64,000 nucleotides of DNA from Octopus sinensis (taxonomy: Eukaryota): positions 15,066,001-15,130,000 of the forward strand of contig NC_043017.1 in the NCBI RefSeq assembly GCF_006345805.1, read 5' to 3'. Position numbers and translations under genes: made by a program. This document shows positions 26,519 through 40,648 of the stretch, one piece after another; the stretch's first letter is position 1; each line of letters opens with the position of its first letter. A model generated the notes under the pieces. The model was not told the DNA's origin. It did not search any database and saw only the letters and a program-made list of their open reading frames with translations.

Positions 26519-26781
26519 TTATGTGTGGGTTTGTGTGTGCTTGTATATATGTATGTATTTTCATGCATACATACATGTGTATCTATGTGAGTATTTCTTT
26601 GTGTAAGATGTATAACGTTTCGCAATGAGTGCTTTTGCTCGTAAAAATAATAATGATAATAATGAGGACAATGGTTTACTTTTCTTTGAAGATTACGATA
26701 TCATTCTTATTATTTCCAGTTTCACTTTCCAATATATGAAAAAAGACATATATAAGCATATAACACACCACACACACACAC

Positions 26782-26821
<40 letters not shown>

Positions 26822-26852
26822 TACATATATATATATAATATAATTATATTAC

Positions 26853-26894
<42 letters not shown>

Positions 26895-27003
26895 CATATA
26901 TATATATAATATATATTATACACACCACACATATATATATAATATATTATATATATATATATATATATACATATATCTTATACACACACACACATATATA
27001 TAT

Positions 27004-27051
<48 letters not shown>

Positions 27052-27342
27052 ACACACACACACACATATATATATGAATATATATATATACAGATATATG
27101 CTATACACATGCATATATATATATACATACATAGATACATATATCCATATATATATATATGTGTATACATAAACATATGTGTGTGTATATAAGATTGTAT
27201 GTGAAGTAAGATTTGAGGTGAACATTAAAAATACATTTCCATGTAATACACTGCATTAAAATATTTCCCTCTGGAAACAAAAATTAATGTTATTAATTAT
27301 ATATAAAATAACTTCTTTATTTTTGAGCTGCTTTCTGTTTAT

Positions 27343-27391
<49 letters not shown>

Positions 27392-28612
27392 ACATACACA
27401 CACACACATGTTGTAAGTGGATGTATATTTTAAGACGGTATATTTCAGAGAAATATAATCAGATATAGATTGTTTAATTTGCAATCAATATTTAAGGAAT
27501 AAACAAGTGATGAACTAAAATAAGATGGAGAAGAATGGCAGATTTGGAAGATTGGAATAAAACCTGTTTGTTCTGATGGAGGAAGGGCGGTACAGTGCCC
27601 ACAGCATTGTAGATTATTAAATGCGAGAGAGATCTGAATTACACGCGACAGGGTTTTCATTTTTTTTTTTTTTTTGCTTAAAATATCGTGAAGGCATCAT
27701 CTTTAGTAATAATGTTTTCTCTTGTCTAACCATCCGCTACAATCAGACGCTAAGCTGTTCTGAAATAGAAAGGTTTCTTTTTAAAAAGCTCTCATACGAT
27801 GGTCATGGCTGGAATAATTTTTAACGTAACCTGTCTCATGAAAGCTCACTTGCAGGGAAACAACAGAGGTAAGGAGGAAGTCCAGAAAACCGACGTTCTA
27901 GGCTACAATATTTAATGCCGGATTAGAGCCAAGAAGAGACAAACTTCGCGGGTTTTTAGTGCCGGATTAGGGCAAGGACATGATACACTTTCCAGATGTA
28001 ACTAACGTGCCAGAGTCTTTTTCTTTCTATTTTTCGTTCTTCAGTTTCACTCAGTCGCTGTGAATGTGAATGATTCCAGCTGAGAGTTCACAAGACATAA
28101 AACACGCCCCGCTTTTAAAGTGCTTTTGACTGGAAATGATTATGGGTTCAAAGAGTTTCCTTCTCAATTAACACGAAGATCTAAGGTCGATATTTCTACT
28201 TGGCATATTAGAAAACAGCTTCGAAAATAATGTCGAACGATGGGCGAAAACCTACATCTGCTCACATTCAAACACACACACATTTATCTGCTTGTATATG
28301 TATGTATATGTGTGTGTGTATGGGGGGAGGGTATATGTGTATGTATGTATAGATATATAGGTATATACGTTTGTTTGTGTGTGTGTGTGTGTGTGTGCTT
28401 GTGTGCCTCTGCATGTAAATTCTCACTACTTTTTCAAGTTCTATAAACCCAAGTAATTTATTGCATCTCGCTCGTCGGTCACAGTTGTCAGTAATAATCG
28501 AATGAGAAAATATTGATTTTCTGTCACTCTATTCCGATTAGTTTCACCATTACGACAGTGGACTGGCAGAATCGGTTGAGCATCGAGCGCAGTGGTAGCT
28601 CGAGAAACTTAC

Positions 28613-28749
28613 TTAGAGCCATGGAGAGTCTGATTTCGAATCTTGCTGAGATCCACATTGCTTTTCAGACTTGTGAGGATCGTTAAAATACAGGAAACCA
28701 TTGGGATCGATATATAGATGTCTAACGGAGTACAGAACTGCCTCTGGAC
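28613..28749 (-). CDS. Internal exon of unidentified host gene (VQRQFCTPLDIYISIPMVSCILTILTSLKSNVDLSKIRNQTLHGS+2 nt)
   Basis: Pyrimidine-rich acceptor ...gtcctgtcgttAG, donor AA|GTAAGT, open frame. Its phase 0 start matches the end of the 39549 exon. Confidence 0.6.
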
Positions 28750-28965
28750 CTAACGACAGGACTGTGACGCGAGTAAGAGAAGCGTAGATATTTATGTGTG
28801 TATATACATTTGAGTTTATATACATATACAAACATATACATATGTTTAAAAAATATAAAGATAGATATATATGTCTATTCGTATGTATGTATCTGTATAT
28901 ATATATACATATATATATACACGTAAAGAAATATGTTTGTGTGTGTGAGTGCATGTGTGTGTATG

Positions 28966-28999
<34 letters not shown>

Positions 29000-29364
29000 T
29001 GTATGTATGTATGTATGTATGTATGTATGTATGTGTGTATGTATGTATGTATGTATACATGCAAATTTACATTTTTCTCAATTAAATTAGTTGGACGAAC
29101 CATCCATGTCAATACAATTAGCAGTGCATGTAATAACGAACTCTAACCAATAAACTGTTATCCCGCCATCCTCTTCTTCCGCTATTCTTGGATAGCACCG
29201 ATATAAAATACGAAATTAAAAATTCTAAAAAAACACCAATATTTTCAATAACCAAACAAAACCCTGCAATACCAAACCTGACTGATTATTACATTTCTGT
29301 AATTAACTTTATTGAACACAAACAAATGTAAACAATAACAATAATAATAATAATGATAATAATA

Positions 29365-29433
<69 letters not shown>

Positions 29434-29810
29434 TAATAATAATAATAATATAAAGCAAATGCAATGTTGACGTATGTGGGTTTAAGGAATCTATTTTCGA
29501 AATGTTTAGTTTATAAATATGCTTTTAGTGGTTTATTGTTTGGTCCCCGGTGGGAGCATGACTGTAGGATTCGTCTGTGATTCCTACTGTCAATGAAAAC
29601 GTTGGAAAGGTTCTCTCTACTCTCCAATTCTACGCTTTTATTTTTCAGTGTAACTACTACTATAACATTCGTCTCTCTTTTTCTCTTCCCTTCTCTCTCT
29701 CTCTCTCTCTTTCTTTCTTCCTTTCTCACTTTGCGTATATATGTGTGTGTGTCTGTGTGTCTGTGTGTTTGTCTAAGTATCCTGTATGTCAGAGACAAAG
29801 TAGAAGGACG

Positions 29811-29855
29811 GTTGTACTGATGACACCTACTGAGGTAGAAACGTGTGTCCATAAC
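29811..29855 (+). ncRNA. Type I hammerhead motif, degenerate
   Basis: gttgta-CTGATGA-CACCT-actg-AGGTA-GAAA-CGTGTG-TC-cataac; one core-adjacent mismatch each in stems I and II. Confidence 0.5.
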
Positions 29856-29927
29856 TACTTTCTTGTCTTCAGATTATGAGACTGTCTTTTCTGTAATGAC
29901 ATCAATTTTACAGAAATTGTGATTCGT

Positions 29928-30173
29928 AGGCGGCGAGCTAGCAGAGTCCCCTTGTGGGCAATAAAGAAATAAGAAACGTTAGCACGTGGGGGAGAAATGC
30001 TTAGCGAGATTTTGTCTGCCTTTACCTTCTGAGTTCAAATTCCGCCAAGGTCGACTTACCCTTTCATCCTTTCGGGGTCGATAAATTTAGAACCAGTTGC
30101 GTACTGGTGTCGATTTAATCGACTGGCCCCCCACCCCAAAAATTTCAGGCCTTGTGCCTGGAGTAGAAAAGAA
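29928..30173 (+). mobile_element. tRNA-derived SINE
   Basis: Same family as 3714-3947. Confidence 0.75.
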
Positions 30174-31117
30174 ATTTTGCTCTGTGAGATTATCTTTTGT
30201 TCTCATTTGGAGATTATCTCCTGTTGCCACGAGACGGTCGATGGGCGTTCGGAGGAAGCGGAGAAAATTCAATGAAATCATTCAACTTCTTTTATATTTC
30301 AGATAACTTTAATGGAAATAAACACAGGCCACTCTCAGTTAGTAGTCTCATCTTTTTAATCGATTTCTACATAAACACATACACATCATACACCCTACAG
30401 TCACATCATATTATTTGTTCCTTTCTTATGGGCAGAATCGGCACACGAGCAGTAGGAAGCAAACAACTCGTCTTCTTAAACAAGTTTTTCAGTCATTTTC
30501 TCATGAACAACGCTGCAGTTTTCGTCCACCAAATTCAGTCACAAATCTGGCCTAGAGCTATAGTAGAAAATACTTGCCCAAGCTACCGTGCAGAGGGACT
30601 GAACGTGGAACTGTGTGGTTGGGAACGAAACGGCTCAACCACATAATCATTCTTGCACCTAATGTGTGTGTGTGTTTATTTGCTAAATCGAATATTGTGT
30701 CCCATAAAATAAATATCAGATTGAAATACGTATTCAGGTCAGGATGATCGATTAAATTTTTGAAGGTGATGACCCATCATAGCGACAGACATGTTTAAAG
30801 ACTTAATGGCTTCAAATTTAAAAGTAATGGATTACTAATAGCAAGATAATGAGTTCAGAACATCGCACTGAACTTCCACTCGATACGATAACGCTTACAT
30901 GTACATCTCGGTCCACTTGAATTGCAACAATTAACAATTGTAATTTGAAGTTGAATGCTTAGCAGGAAGAAAGATGTCCCGATTTCTCAAAAAATTATTG
31001 AGGAAAATTATTTTTTCGCCACAACAAAACACACACACACACACACCACACACACACACACACACACCACACACACACACACGCACAATACACACACACA
31101 CACACACTCACACAACA

Positions 31118-31178
<61 letters not shown>

Positions 31179-32247
31179 GGTGTGCCTGTGGCAACTTAAG
31201 CTACTACAAATAGCAGCCAAATATCTCATCAAAAGAAACACACAGATTTACAGTATTTCAGGAAAAAAAAACAGACACTATGCGATGGATCTGCTACATC
31301 AGAGGCAACTCTGGGCTGAACAAAACACAGACTTCACATAAAAAGATTATCTACCAAATAGTACTAATAAAGTAGACGGTATATCTTCGAAGTTTCATTC
31401 CCTGGTGAAACATTTTCTCATTATGCTCTATGTAAGACATATTGTTCAGGCTGAGTTGCCTCCCTCAGCTAAACACCTCCAAATTGTATGACCCGACTTC
31501 GTTTTTGAGGTTATTTTTGGAGTGTAAAAGAGTTGTTGTACAAAAAGCATTCCTTATTTAGGAGCCGAAAAATTACTGAATTTTTCGATACCTCATACCT
31601 CAAAATTGGTAACTCATTTTTCGAATCCATAAGGAACATATACACGCACACGCGCACACACACGCACACACACACAAACACACACACATATATATATACA
31701 CACACACACACACATACAAACTGTTTTATATATGAAGATATATATGCGTGTGTATGCGTGTTCCAGGTGATCTAATTTTCTGTAGTGTCCAACCGTGGAT
31801 TGAAAAAAAAATCCCTGTAAAAAGTTGATTTGGTCGCTAGAAAGTGTAGGATTTATATCCAAAGGAAAGAATACTTAATTGAAAAGTGTTTTTTTTAATT
31901 CTTCCATCGTAACTTGGGGTTGGGTGGGCGTGCATGTACATACATCATGGACATTCCAGACTTTGGTCGACGCATGAGAGTTCGACAATATCTTACAGAA
32001 CAACCACACACATGATTTGTTTACAGTGACCAACTATTTGTGTAGATATAAGCGTCCTCCCTCTATCAAATTGACATTACCTGTAGAGGTACAACGGGTG
32101 CCACCTGTCAGACGGTGAAATGAAGGGATTTGTTCAACAACACAATGCATCACCCGCTCTGGAAATCGAACCCACGATCTTGCAATCATGAAACACCCTC
32201 GGCCACTGGGCCATGCGCCGTCACATGCAACACACAAACACACACAC

Positions 32248-32293
<46 letters not shown>

Positions 32294-32384
32294 ATGTATA
32301 TATACATAGATATATACATATATATGCATGTATATATACACACGTACATATATATATACGTACATGTTGCGTACGGACATATAA

Positions 32385-32423
<39 letters not shown>

Positions 32424-32458
32424 TACACACATATAGATACATATGTACACGTACATAT

Positions 32459-32492
<34 letters not shown>

Positions 32493-32747
32493 CATTATTG
32501 GTGAATTGAAGAAATGGAGCTGAACGCAGATTGAACAGAAATCGTTTTATTTCATTCTACACGTGTTTCGAAAGGCACAAATTACCAAAATCCGATTGAA
32601 TAATGGGACCATATTGTGTCTTTCTCTTCAGGAAGAAAGAAGGAAATCCGTTGGAAAAACAAAATTTACTGCTGTGATTTTTGCTACTAAGGTATCGGTT
32701 AAACTTTTGATTAATCTACTACAAGATTATTCATCTTTCTATTTCAC
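32493..32747 (-). mobile_element. Solo PLE-like pseudo-LTR in (TA)n
   Basis: TA repeats on both sides; contains a hammerhead; a sister copy lacking it is at 35491-35628. Confidence 0.65.
32550..32638 (-). ncRNA. Type I hammerhead ribozyme
   Basis: tttcttc-CTGAAGA-GAAAGACACAA...TTGTGCCTTTC-GAAA-CACGTG-TA-gaatgaaa; 10/11-bp stem II, palindromic CACGTG, GUA site. Confidence 0.75.
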
Positions 32748-32750
32748 ATA

Positions 32751-32790
<40 letters not shown>

Positions 32791-33043
32791 GTATGTATAT
32801 ATATTTATATTTATATGTATATATACAAAAGTATATATATGTGTATGTATATATGTGTGTATATACATATGTATATGTGTGTATGTATATATGTATATAA
32901 TATATATATGGATACGTATATACATACATATATGTATGTGTATGTATATATATACATATATATGTATTTATATACATATATATATGTATTTATGTATATA
33001 CATACATATATATAAATATATGTATATATATGTATGTATATAC

Positions 33044-33074
<31 letters not shown>

Positions 33075-33277
33075 CGCGTGCGTGCGTGTTTACCTATCCA
33101 TTTAATTCGATTTATACTTATGTCTGATAGCCACGAGAAATTCATAAACTTCCATCATTATTCATCGATCTTTAGTCATTGATCATATTCATTGAATTTT
33201 ACTTCTCTTCGGGTTGACATGTACTCTTTAGAATTGTTATATATAAGTATTTCTACCGTGCACTCACACACATAACT

Positions 33278-33310
<33 letters not shown>

Positions 33311-33545
33311 AACACACACACACACACACACTCACACACACGCATTCATACACACATACATACACGCACTCACCATTCTCCTTCCAAGTTATGATGAGAT
33401 TAACCGAGAAATAAAGTTTAAAAAATGACGGATAACAGCGAATCAAAAAACCCAATTATTTGATGTTCTTTAATTTAATTAGAAAATTTTTTTCAATTCC
33501 AATTCAAGGGTGCCTCTACCTCCTTCTCCTCCTTCTCCAACTACG

Positions 33546-33584
<39 letters not shown>

Positions 33585-34755
33585 GCTACTCATCCTTTTC
33601 CTTCTCCATCTCCGCGTCCCCTTTCATCTTCCACCACTCTTCCTTCTCTCCTTTCACCTGCGCCTTCCCTCCTCCTTCTCCTCCTCTTCTCCCTCCTTCT
33701 CCACCTCTCCCCCATCTCCTTCTTCACCCCCCACTCTGCCTTGCCACCACCTTCACACCTTCTTGTTGGACGCCATATTGCAAGGCGAAGATAGACAGGC
33801 AGTCAGACAGATCGATGGTAAATCTCCCACTTAATCATATCTGCTGGTGCCGTTGAGCCGTTGAGTAAATAATGAACCTCACCACATCCCGTTTAGCCGC
33901 AGCTCCTCACATATCATGGTATAGATTAATGAAATGGAAAAGGCTAGAAATAGCAGTCAAACCTAACGGTCTTCCTTCTTTGTCAAGAGTGTCCAGTGAG
34001 ATTTGGTGGCGATATGGCTGCTACGGGGACGGGGAGGGGTTGTATGTTATGCTTCCTTGGATAATGTGACGCTAGATGTACAAAGAGGTGAGATGGTCAC
34101 GTCCAGAATACTCCAGTTACTGCTGACAACAAAGCAAAGCACCATCATCATCATCATCACCATTACAAGTTTCTGATTAAGGCAGAAGGCCAGGAATTTC
34201 GAGGGGAGGGGCTTGTCAGTTACATCGAGCCCAATACTCGACTGGTCCTTTAATGTTATCGAAACCCAGAGGAATGAAAAACGAAGTTGACCTCAGCCGG
34301 ATTAGAACTTAGAACGGAAAGAAACAGAACAGAGATCGTACTGCGTATTTTCCGACGGGGTGGCCATCTGGCAGAACAGTTAGGACGCCGGACAAAACTG
34401 CTTTTCTTCCGATTGTTTTATGATTTGGGTTCAAATCCCGTCGAGGCCAACTTTGTTGTTGTTATTTGCTCCTCCCCACCTCGTCGATCACCACTGATCC
34501 AGCCATGACCAACACAGCCTTTATTCACACAATGTATTTCTCCCGTCTTTTAAAATTTTCACCTATTTCAATCAGTCAACTATGGCCATGCTGGAGCACC
34601 ACCAAGGAGGATTTTCTACTGAAACGAATCGACCCAAGTACTTGTTGTATCCTTCGATTCTGCCAAACCAGTGAGTTGCGGGGGCGTAAACAAACCGACA
34701 CCAGCTATCAGGCGCTGGTGAGGGACAAGCACATACACCCCCAACCACCACGCAC

Positions 34756-34805
<50 letters not shown>

Positions 34806-35001
34806 ACACATAGAGATTTGGTGGCGATATGGTTGCTACTTCTAGTCATTCAAGTTAGCCCCGAGAGGATCATTCATTGCACGAAGCTGGGCTTCAGGTT
34901 GTTGAGGAAAATTTAAAGGAGAGAACGAGGAATGGGGGACAGGGTAGGAATGAAAAAACAAGTCAAAAATAGAAAATGCTAAGATGATTTTATAGTGAAT
35001 C

Positions 35002-35045
35002 TTTCAGTACCGGTTTCGGTCATTTTGAGACCTTTTCAACTGTAA
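35002..35045 (-). ncRNA. Minimal type I hammerhead, U3:A8 variant
   Basis: Inverted copy of 35304-35347. Confidence 0.75.
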
Positions 35046-35303
35046 CGATTAAATAATTAAATTTAGCCACTGACCATTCAAAATACGACCATTAAGGCAT
35101 TCCCAGATTTCCCCACCCCCTCTCCACATCAGCCTCATTATTCTTCACCTATCCTACCAAGAACTCAAAACGACCTCGAACACACAAGTGCAAACAAGGG
35201 AGTCAGAGAAAGGCAGAATGCCACTTATATCTGAACACTACTACAGAAATATTCTTTTAAAAAAACTTTTCTTCTAATTTTTCTAAATTTAATTATTTAA
35301 TCG

Positions 35304-35347
35304 TTACAGTTGAAAAGGTCTCAAAATGACCGAAACCGGTACTGAAA
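35304..35347 (+). ncRNA. Minimal type I hammerhead, U3:A8 variant
   Basis: ttacag-TTGAAAA-GGTC-tcaaaat-GACC-GAAA-CCGG-TA-ctgaaa; GUA cleavage after 35341. Confidence 0.75.
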
Positions 35348-35431
35348 GATTCACTATAAAATCATCTTAGCATTTTCTATTTTTGACTTGTTTTATCATA
35401 TATATCAACTCGTGTGTTCCTTTCCACCCTT

Positions 35432-35485
<54 letters not shown>

Positions 35486-35628
35486 TATATGTGAAATAGA
35501 AAGATGAATAATCTTGTAGTGGATTAATCAAAAGTTTAACCGATACCTTAGTAGCAAAAATCACAGCAGTGAACAGCACGGTTCTGTTCAATCTGCGTTC
35601 AGCTCCATTCTTCAATTCACCAATAATG

Positions 35629-35660
<32 letters not shown>

Positions 35661-35906
35661 ACATATATATATATATGTGTGTGTGTGTGCGTATGTATAT
35701 ATGTTTGTATATATAGTATATACATATACATATATATATTCCTCTATGTAAAGAGACACACACATACGTATTCCTATGTGTGTATACATACATATATATA
35801 TGATAAATATATATATATATGTGTGTGTGTGGTGTGTGTGTGTGTGTCTGTGTGTGTCTGTGTATATATATATATATGTGTGTGTGTGTATGTGTGTGTG
35901 TGTGTC

Positions 35907-35945
<39 letters not shown>

Positions 35946-35948
<3 letters not shown>

Positions 35949-36310
35949 CGGTGGTAAGTAGCTTGCTTCCCACTCAGTCCGACTGCATGCCACCTTGGTC
36001 AAGTGTCTCCTCCTAGAGCCCAAGGCGGGCCAAAGACTTGTAAAGTGGATTTGGTAGACAAGAGCTAAAACAAGTCCGTCAATTATGTATGCGTGCGTGT
36101 GTATGTGTGTTGTGTGTTTGTGTTTGTGCCTGAGTTCAGCCGCCATCGCTTGGGAACCAATGTTGTGTTCGGCTAAATGATGGATAGAATAAGTAGTAAG
36201 CTTACAAAAACCAAGTCATGGAGGTCGATTTGTTTGACTAAAACCCATTAAGGTGGTGCTCCAGCATGGCCGCAGTCAAATGGTTCGAACAAAAAGAAGA
36301 ATAAAAGAAT
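35946..36310 (+). mobile_element. tRNA-derived SINE, diverged
   Basis: Same family as 37228-37631. Confidence 0.7.
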
Positions 36311-36327
36311 ATGTATATATATTTACG

Positions 36328-36367
<40 letters not shown>

Positions 36368-36399
36368 TACATATATATATACATATTAATATTTGTATG

Positions 36400-36435
<36 letters not shown>

Positions 36436-37097
36436 ATATATAAATATATATATATATAAATATATATACACACACATGTATATTTGTGTATATGGATAGA
36501 AGGATAGATAGATAGACAGATTGATAGATGACAATTACGTCCATGTTTGTGTAGACACATATATAAACAAAACAAGATTTAAATATAAATACAAACAATA
36601 AATATATGTGTGTGTGTGTGTTGTGCGTGCGTGCGTACGTATGTGTGTATATGTTTGTGTGTCTGTGTTTGTCCCCACCCCCCATCTTCGCTTGACAACT
36701 AGTGTTGGTGTGTTTCCATTCGACTACAGGCGATGCCCCTGCATGGCCGCAGTCAAACGACTGAAACAAGTAAAAGAATAATACAATAGAAGAACATATA
36801 TATATATCAAATGCTGATCTCCTGCGCCATTCCGTTGCTGGTGCAAGGGAAGTAATTCATTTTTTAAACTAAAGAAAAGTAAAAACGTCGACAGCAAATA
36901 TTTGTGGGAGTCAGCCGACAGCGAAATGCCGATTGTTGTTGCCTGACCGTATTGCGATTAGGGACGCTGTTGTGCATGGAATTCCTCAGAACTACCCACC
37001 GCGTATGACCGGTACCTTTTCTTACATTTGCCCAACTATTATGATTCTAAGTACATAAGATGAATAAAGTATTACACACACATTTATATACACACAC

Positions 37098-37184
<87 letters not shown>

Positions 37185-37227
37185 CATATATATATACATA
37201 TATATATACATACATAATATATATACA

Positions 37228-37631
37228 TACTCTTTACTCTTTACTCTTTTACTTGTTTCAGTCATTTGACTGCGGCCATGCTGGAGCACCGCCTTTAGTC
37301 AACCAAATCGACCCCGGGACTTATTCTTTGTAAGCCCAGTACTTATTCTATCGATCTCTTTTGCCGAACCGCTAAGTGACGGGGACGTAAACACACCAGC
37401 ATCGGTTGTCAAGCAATGCTAGGGGGACAAAGACAAACACATACACACACACACATATATATATATACGACAGGCTTCTTTCAGTTTCCGTCTACCAAAT
37501 CCACTCACAAGGCATTGGTCGGCCCGGGGCTATAGCAGAAGACACTTGCCCAAGATGCCACGCAGTGGGACTGAACCCGGAACCATGTGGTTGGTTAGCA
37601 AGCTACTTACCACACAGTCACTCCTGCGCCT
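37228..37631 (-). mobile_element. Full-length tRNA-derived SINE with internal TA/CA tract and (AAGAGTA)n tail
   Basis: A-box-like tgactgtgtgg, B-box-like gggttcagtccc, body, and tandem tail. Confidence 0.85.
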
Positions 37632-37872
37632 ATGATTTATTTATTAAATTGTTATTATATATACATATATATACACATATATACATTTATATATATACAT
37701 ATATATATACACACACATATATATATACATATATATACACACACATATATATATATACATATATGTATATATATATATGTATATACATACATATCTATAT
37801 ATATGTATATTCATATACATATATATACACAGATATATAGATACACACATACACACACACACACACACACAC

Positions 37873-37915
<43 letters not shown>

Positions 37916-38174
37916 TTTTGGCAGGTTATGCATATCATATACACAAATAAAGTGTGTGGTGGCGTGTGAAGGCGCATGGCTTAGTGGTTCCGGTATTCGA
38001 CTTACGGTCGTAAGGTCGTGATTTCAATTCCAGGCGCCCTGTCCTTAGGCCAGACACTCCACTCTGCTGGCAAAAATGAGTTGTACCTGCATTTTTAAAG
38101 GATCAGCTAGGTCACAGCATGTGTTGCACTCAATACGATAAGGGATGTATACATATCTGTATGTATAATGCGCA

Positions 38175-38381
38175 TGCATGCATGCATGCATGCATACATA
38201 CATACATACATACATACATACATACATACATACATACATACATACATACATACATACATACATACATACATACATACATACATACATACATACATACATA
38301 CATACATACATACATACATACATACATACATACATACATACATACATACATACATACATACATACATACATACATACATAC
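38175..38381. repeat. (TACA)n microsatellite
   Basis: Direct. Confidence 0.97.
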
Positions 38382-39548
38382 AATTTGACTTTATGAAGAG
38401 ATAGAGAACTGAATAGATGTACAAATCCTTCATCAAATCACCATACAATATTTACACTATGGTCAGTAATCTACTGCAGGTCTGTGCGTGTGTATATACA
38501 TCCGCACATGCTTCTGTGTGTGTATATACGCATACATGTATGTAGGTATGTATGTATCTATGTAAGCATGCATATACGTATGTATGAAAGTATGGATTAT
38601 GTCTATGTATGCTTGTATGAATGAAATTACATATGGAAGTGTGTATGTATGCATGCACGTATATATGTATGGAAGTATATATGGAAGCACGTATGTATGT
38701 ACCTCTGTATGTATTTACGTATGGAAGAATGTATGTATGCATGTATAAACGTATGCTTGTGTGTGTATGTGTGTATGCATGCATGTTTATATATTATATG
38801 CAAGGATGGATCAGTGTGTATATATATTTTTATATTTAAACATTTTTTCATTGAAATGTGTGTGAATGCAAGAGTATGTATATGCGCGTTTGTGTTTTTA
38901 CGCTGTGTGTATGTGTGTGTGTGTGTATGTGTGTGTGTGTATGTGTGTGTCTGTGTGTATGCTTGTGTGTGCGTGCGTGTGTTAGTGATTTTGTAATCAG
39001 ACAAAAATAATGTCGAGTTTTGTCCCTTTACGAGAAAAATAACCTCAAGGCAAATTGATCGATATATATATATATATCGATCCATAAAATGAGTAGCATA
39101 TTGAATTATATTTGATCTATATTATCAATGAAAATATTTGAAGGCCCCGCCCCTGTATAGCCACTTTCCAGTAATTGATATCACGTTAAGAATAAGGGAA
39201 TATAAGAATATAGATTAAACGCAATGGACTTGTAGTAATGCCGCCATCTTGTAGTTTTTGTCTAAACTCCAGTTGTTGTTTCCGTCTTGATCGCGGAAAA
39301 CTCACCAACGAATGTCTTAAACGATAATCAGTTTATTTACCTACGATTTCGGTACAGGACCAGTACTTTTCGAAAAGGGGCTAAGTCAATATCATTGTCA
39401 CCGGTGCTCTACTGGGTCCTATTGCGTCGACTAGGAAAGGGTGAAAGGTTAATCCGACCTCGTCAGAACTTCATCTCAGTGCCTAAAGACGGACGAAATG
39501 CCGCTAAGCATTTTCTCCGTTGTGCTAACGATTCTTTCCGCTCGTCAC

Positions 39549-39716
39549 CTTCAGGATTTCTGTAATAATTCGTGAAGTCATAGCCTGATGACGTGACACA
39601 AATCTAAAAATGCATTGTGTCTCCCTGAACTTGGAAAGTTCATCCTGATACTCTGAGCAATAAATTGGGAGTTCCTTAATGTCCAGTCGATAGGCTTGGC
39701 CAGGCTCATATTTAAT
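39549..39716 (-). CDS. Internal exon of unidentified host gene (IKYEPGQAYRLDIKELPIYCSEYQDELSKFRETQCIFRFVSRHQAMTSRIITEILK)
   Basis: Acceptor tttttgcccttctttttaattgtgctggCAG, donor AAG|GTGACG, 168 nt, phase 0/0, complex amino-acid composition. Confidence 0.7.
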
Positions 39717-40597
39717 CTGCCAGCACAATTAAAAAGAAGGGCAAAAACTAACATCATGAACGTCGTCGTTGTCATCACCATCATAATCAGCAACATCCTC
39801 ATCACTACCACCACCACTACCAGCAGGAGTACCTCTTTTGCGTCGTCGTCGTTGTCATCATCATCATCATTCTCATCATCATCCCTATCATCAGTATCAG
39901 TATCATCATCGCCATTATTATCATCACCACCACCACCACTTCTACCAACATCATCCCTCCCACCACCGCCATGGCATCACCATCACCACCAGCAGCAGTA
40001 GCAACCACAGAGGACCAGGACAGCCAGTCAGTGGTCCAAGACTGTCAATAATCAAAGAACGCTATCCGTATGGTGACCGTTTGAGTACCGACGAAAGGCA
40101 GGACTGACAGGTTTCTTCACACCACACGAAACCATTTTAGTTTCATTTCCAAAGGCCATATTAATCTTTGTAGGAGACTGGAATTGAACGTTAGACGCAC
40201 GCCGGACGGTGTTGACGCTAATTGTTAGTAGAGTGGAGTGCAAAAATCTCTGAAATCTATCAGATCAGCCAGTTCCATACACTTGTATCTAAGAACGAGA
40301 TTATCCGAATGCGTCAAGATGAACTTGGCAAGTCGCAACGGTTGTTTAAATCTTAAATAAGAACCGTGTGAGTGTTATAATCAATAAGAATATTATAAAC
40401 TGTCCGTATTTTGGACAGTTGATTCCACATATTTCAAGTTTGTGATCATCACGATCAATATAAAAAGGGAATTCAAGAATCGGTTATTCGGCTCTGAACT
40501 CGTCATTTAAGGCAAAGAAAACCTATTTGGATTGGATTACATATTAAAGCAGGAAATTGCGGAGGATAACTATCAACAACACATGGTAGGCGGATGT

Positions 40598-40648
<51 letters not shown>

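Larger units (their letters stand above)
34955..35394. repeat. Perfect 112-bp inverted repeat (34955-35066 / 35283-35394), 216-bp spacer
   Basis: Read base by base; each arm contains a hammerhead. Confidence 0.95.

Noticed and set aside
27500-27640. GC-richer island with short open frames
   Set aside because: No consistent splice-site pair or recognisable peptide.
37228-37631. tRNA genes
   Set aside because: The A/B boxes belong to SINE heads and no complete cloverleaf is present; no rRNA or tRNA genes were found.
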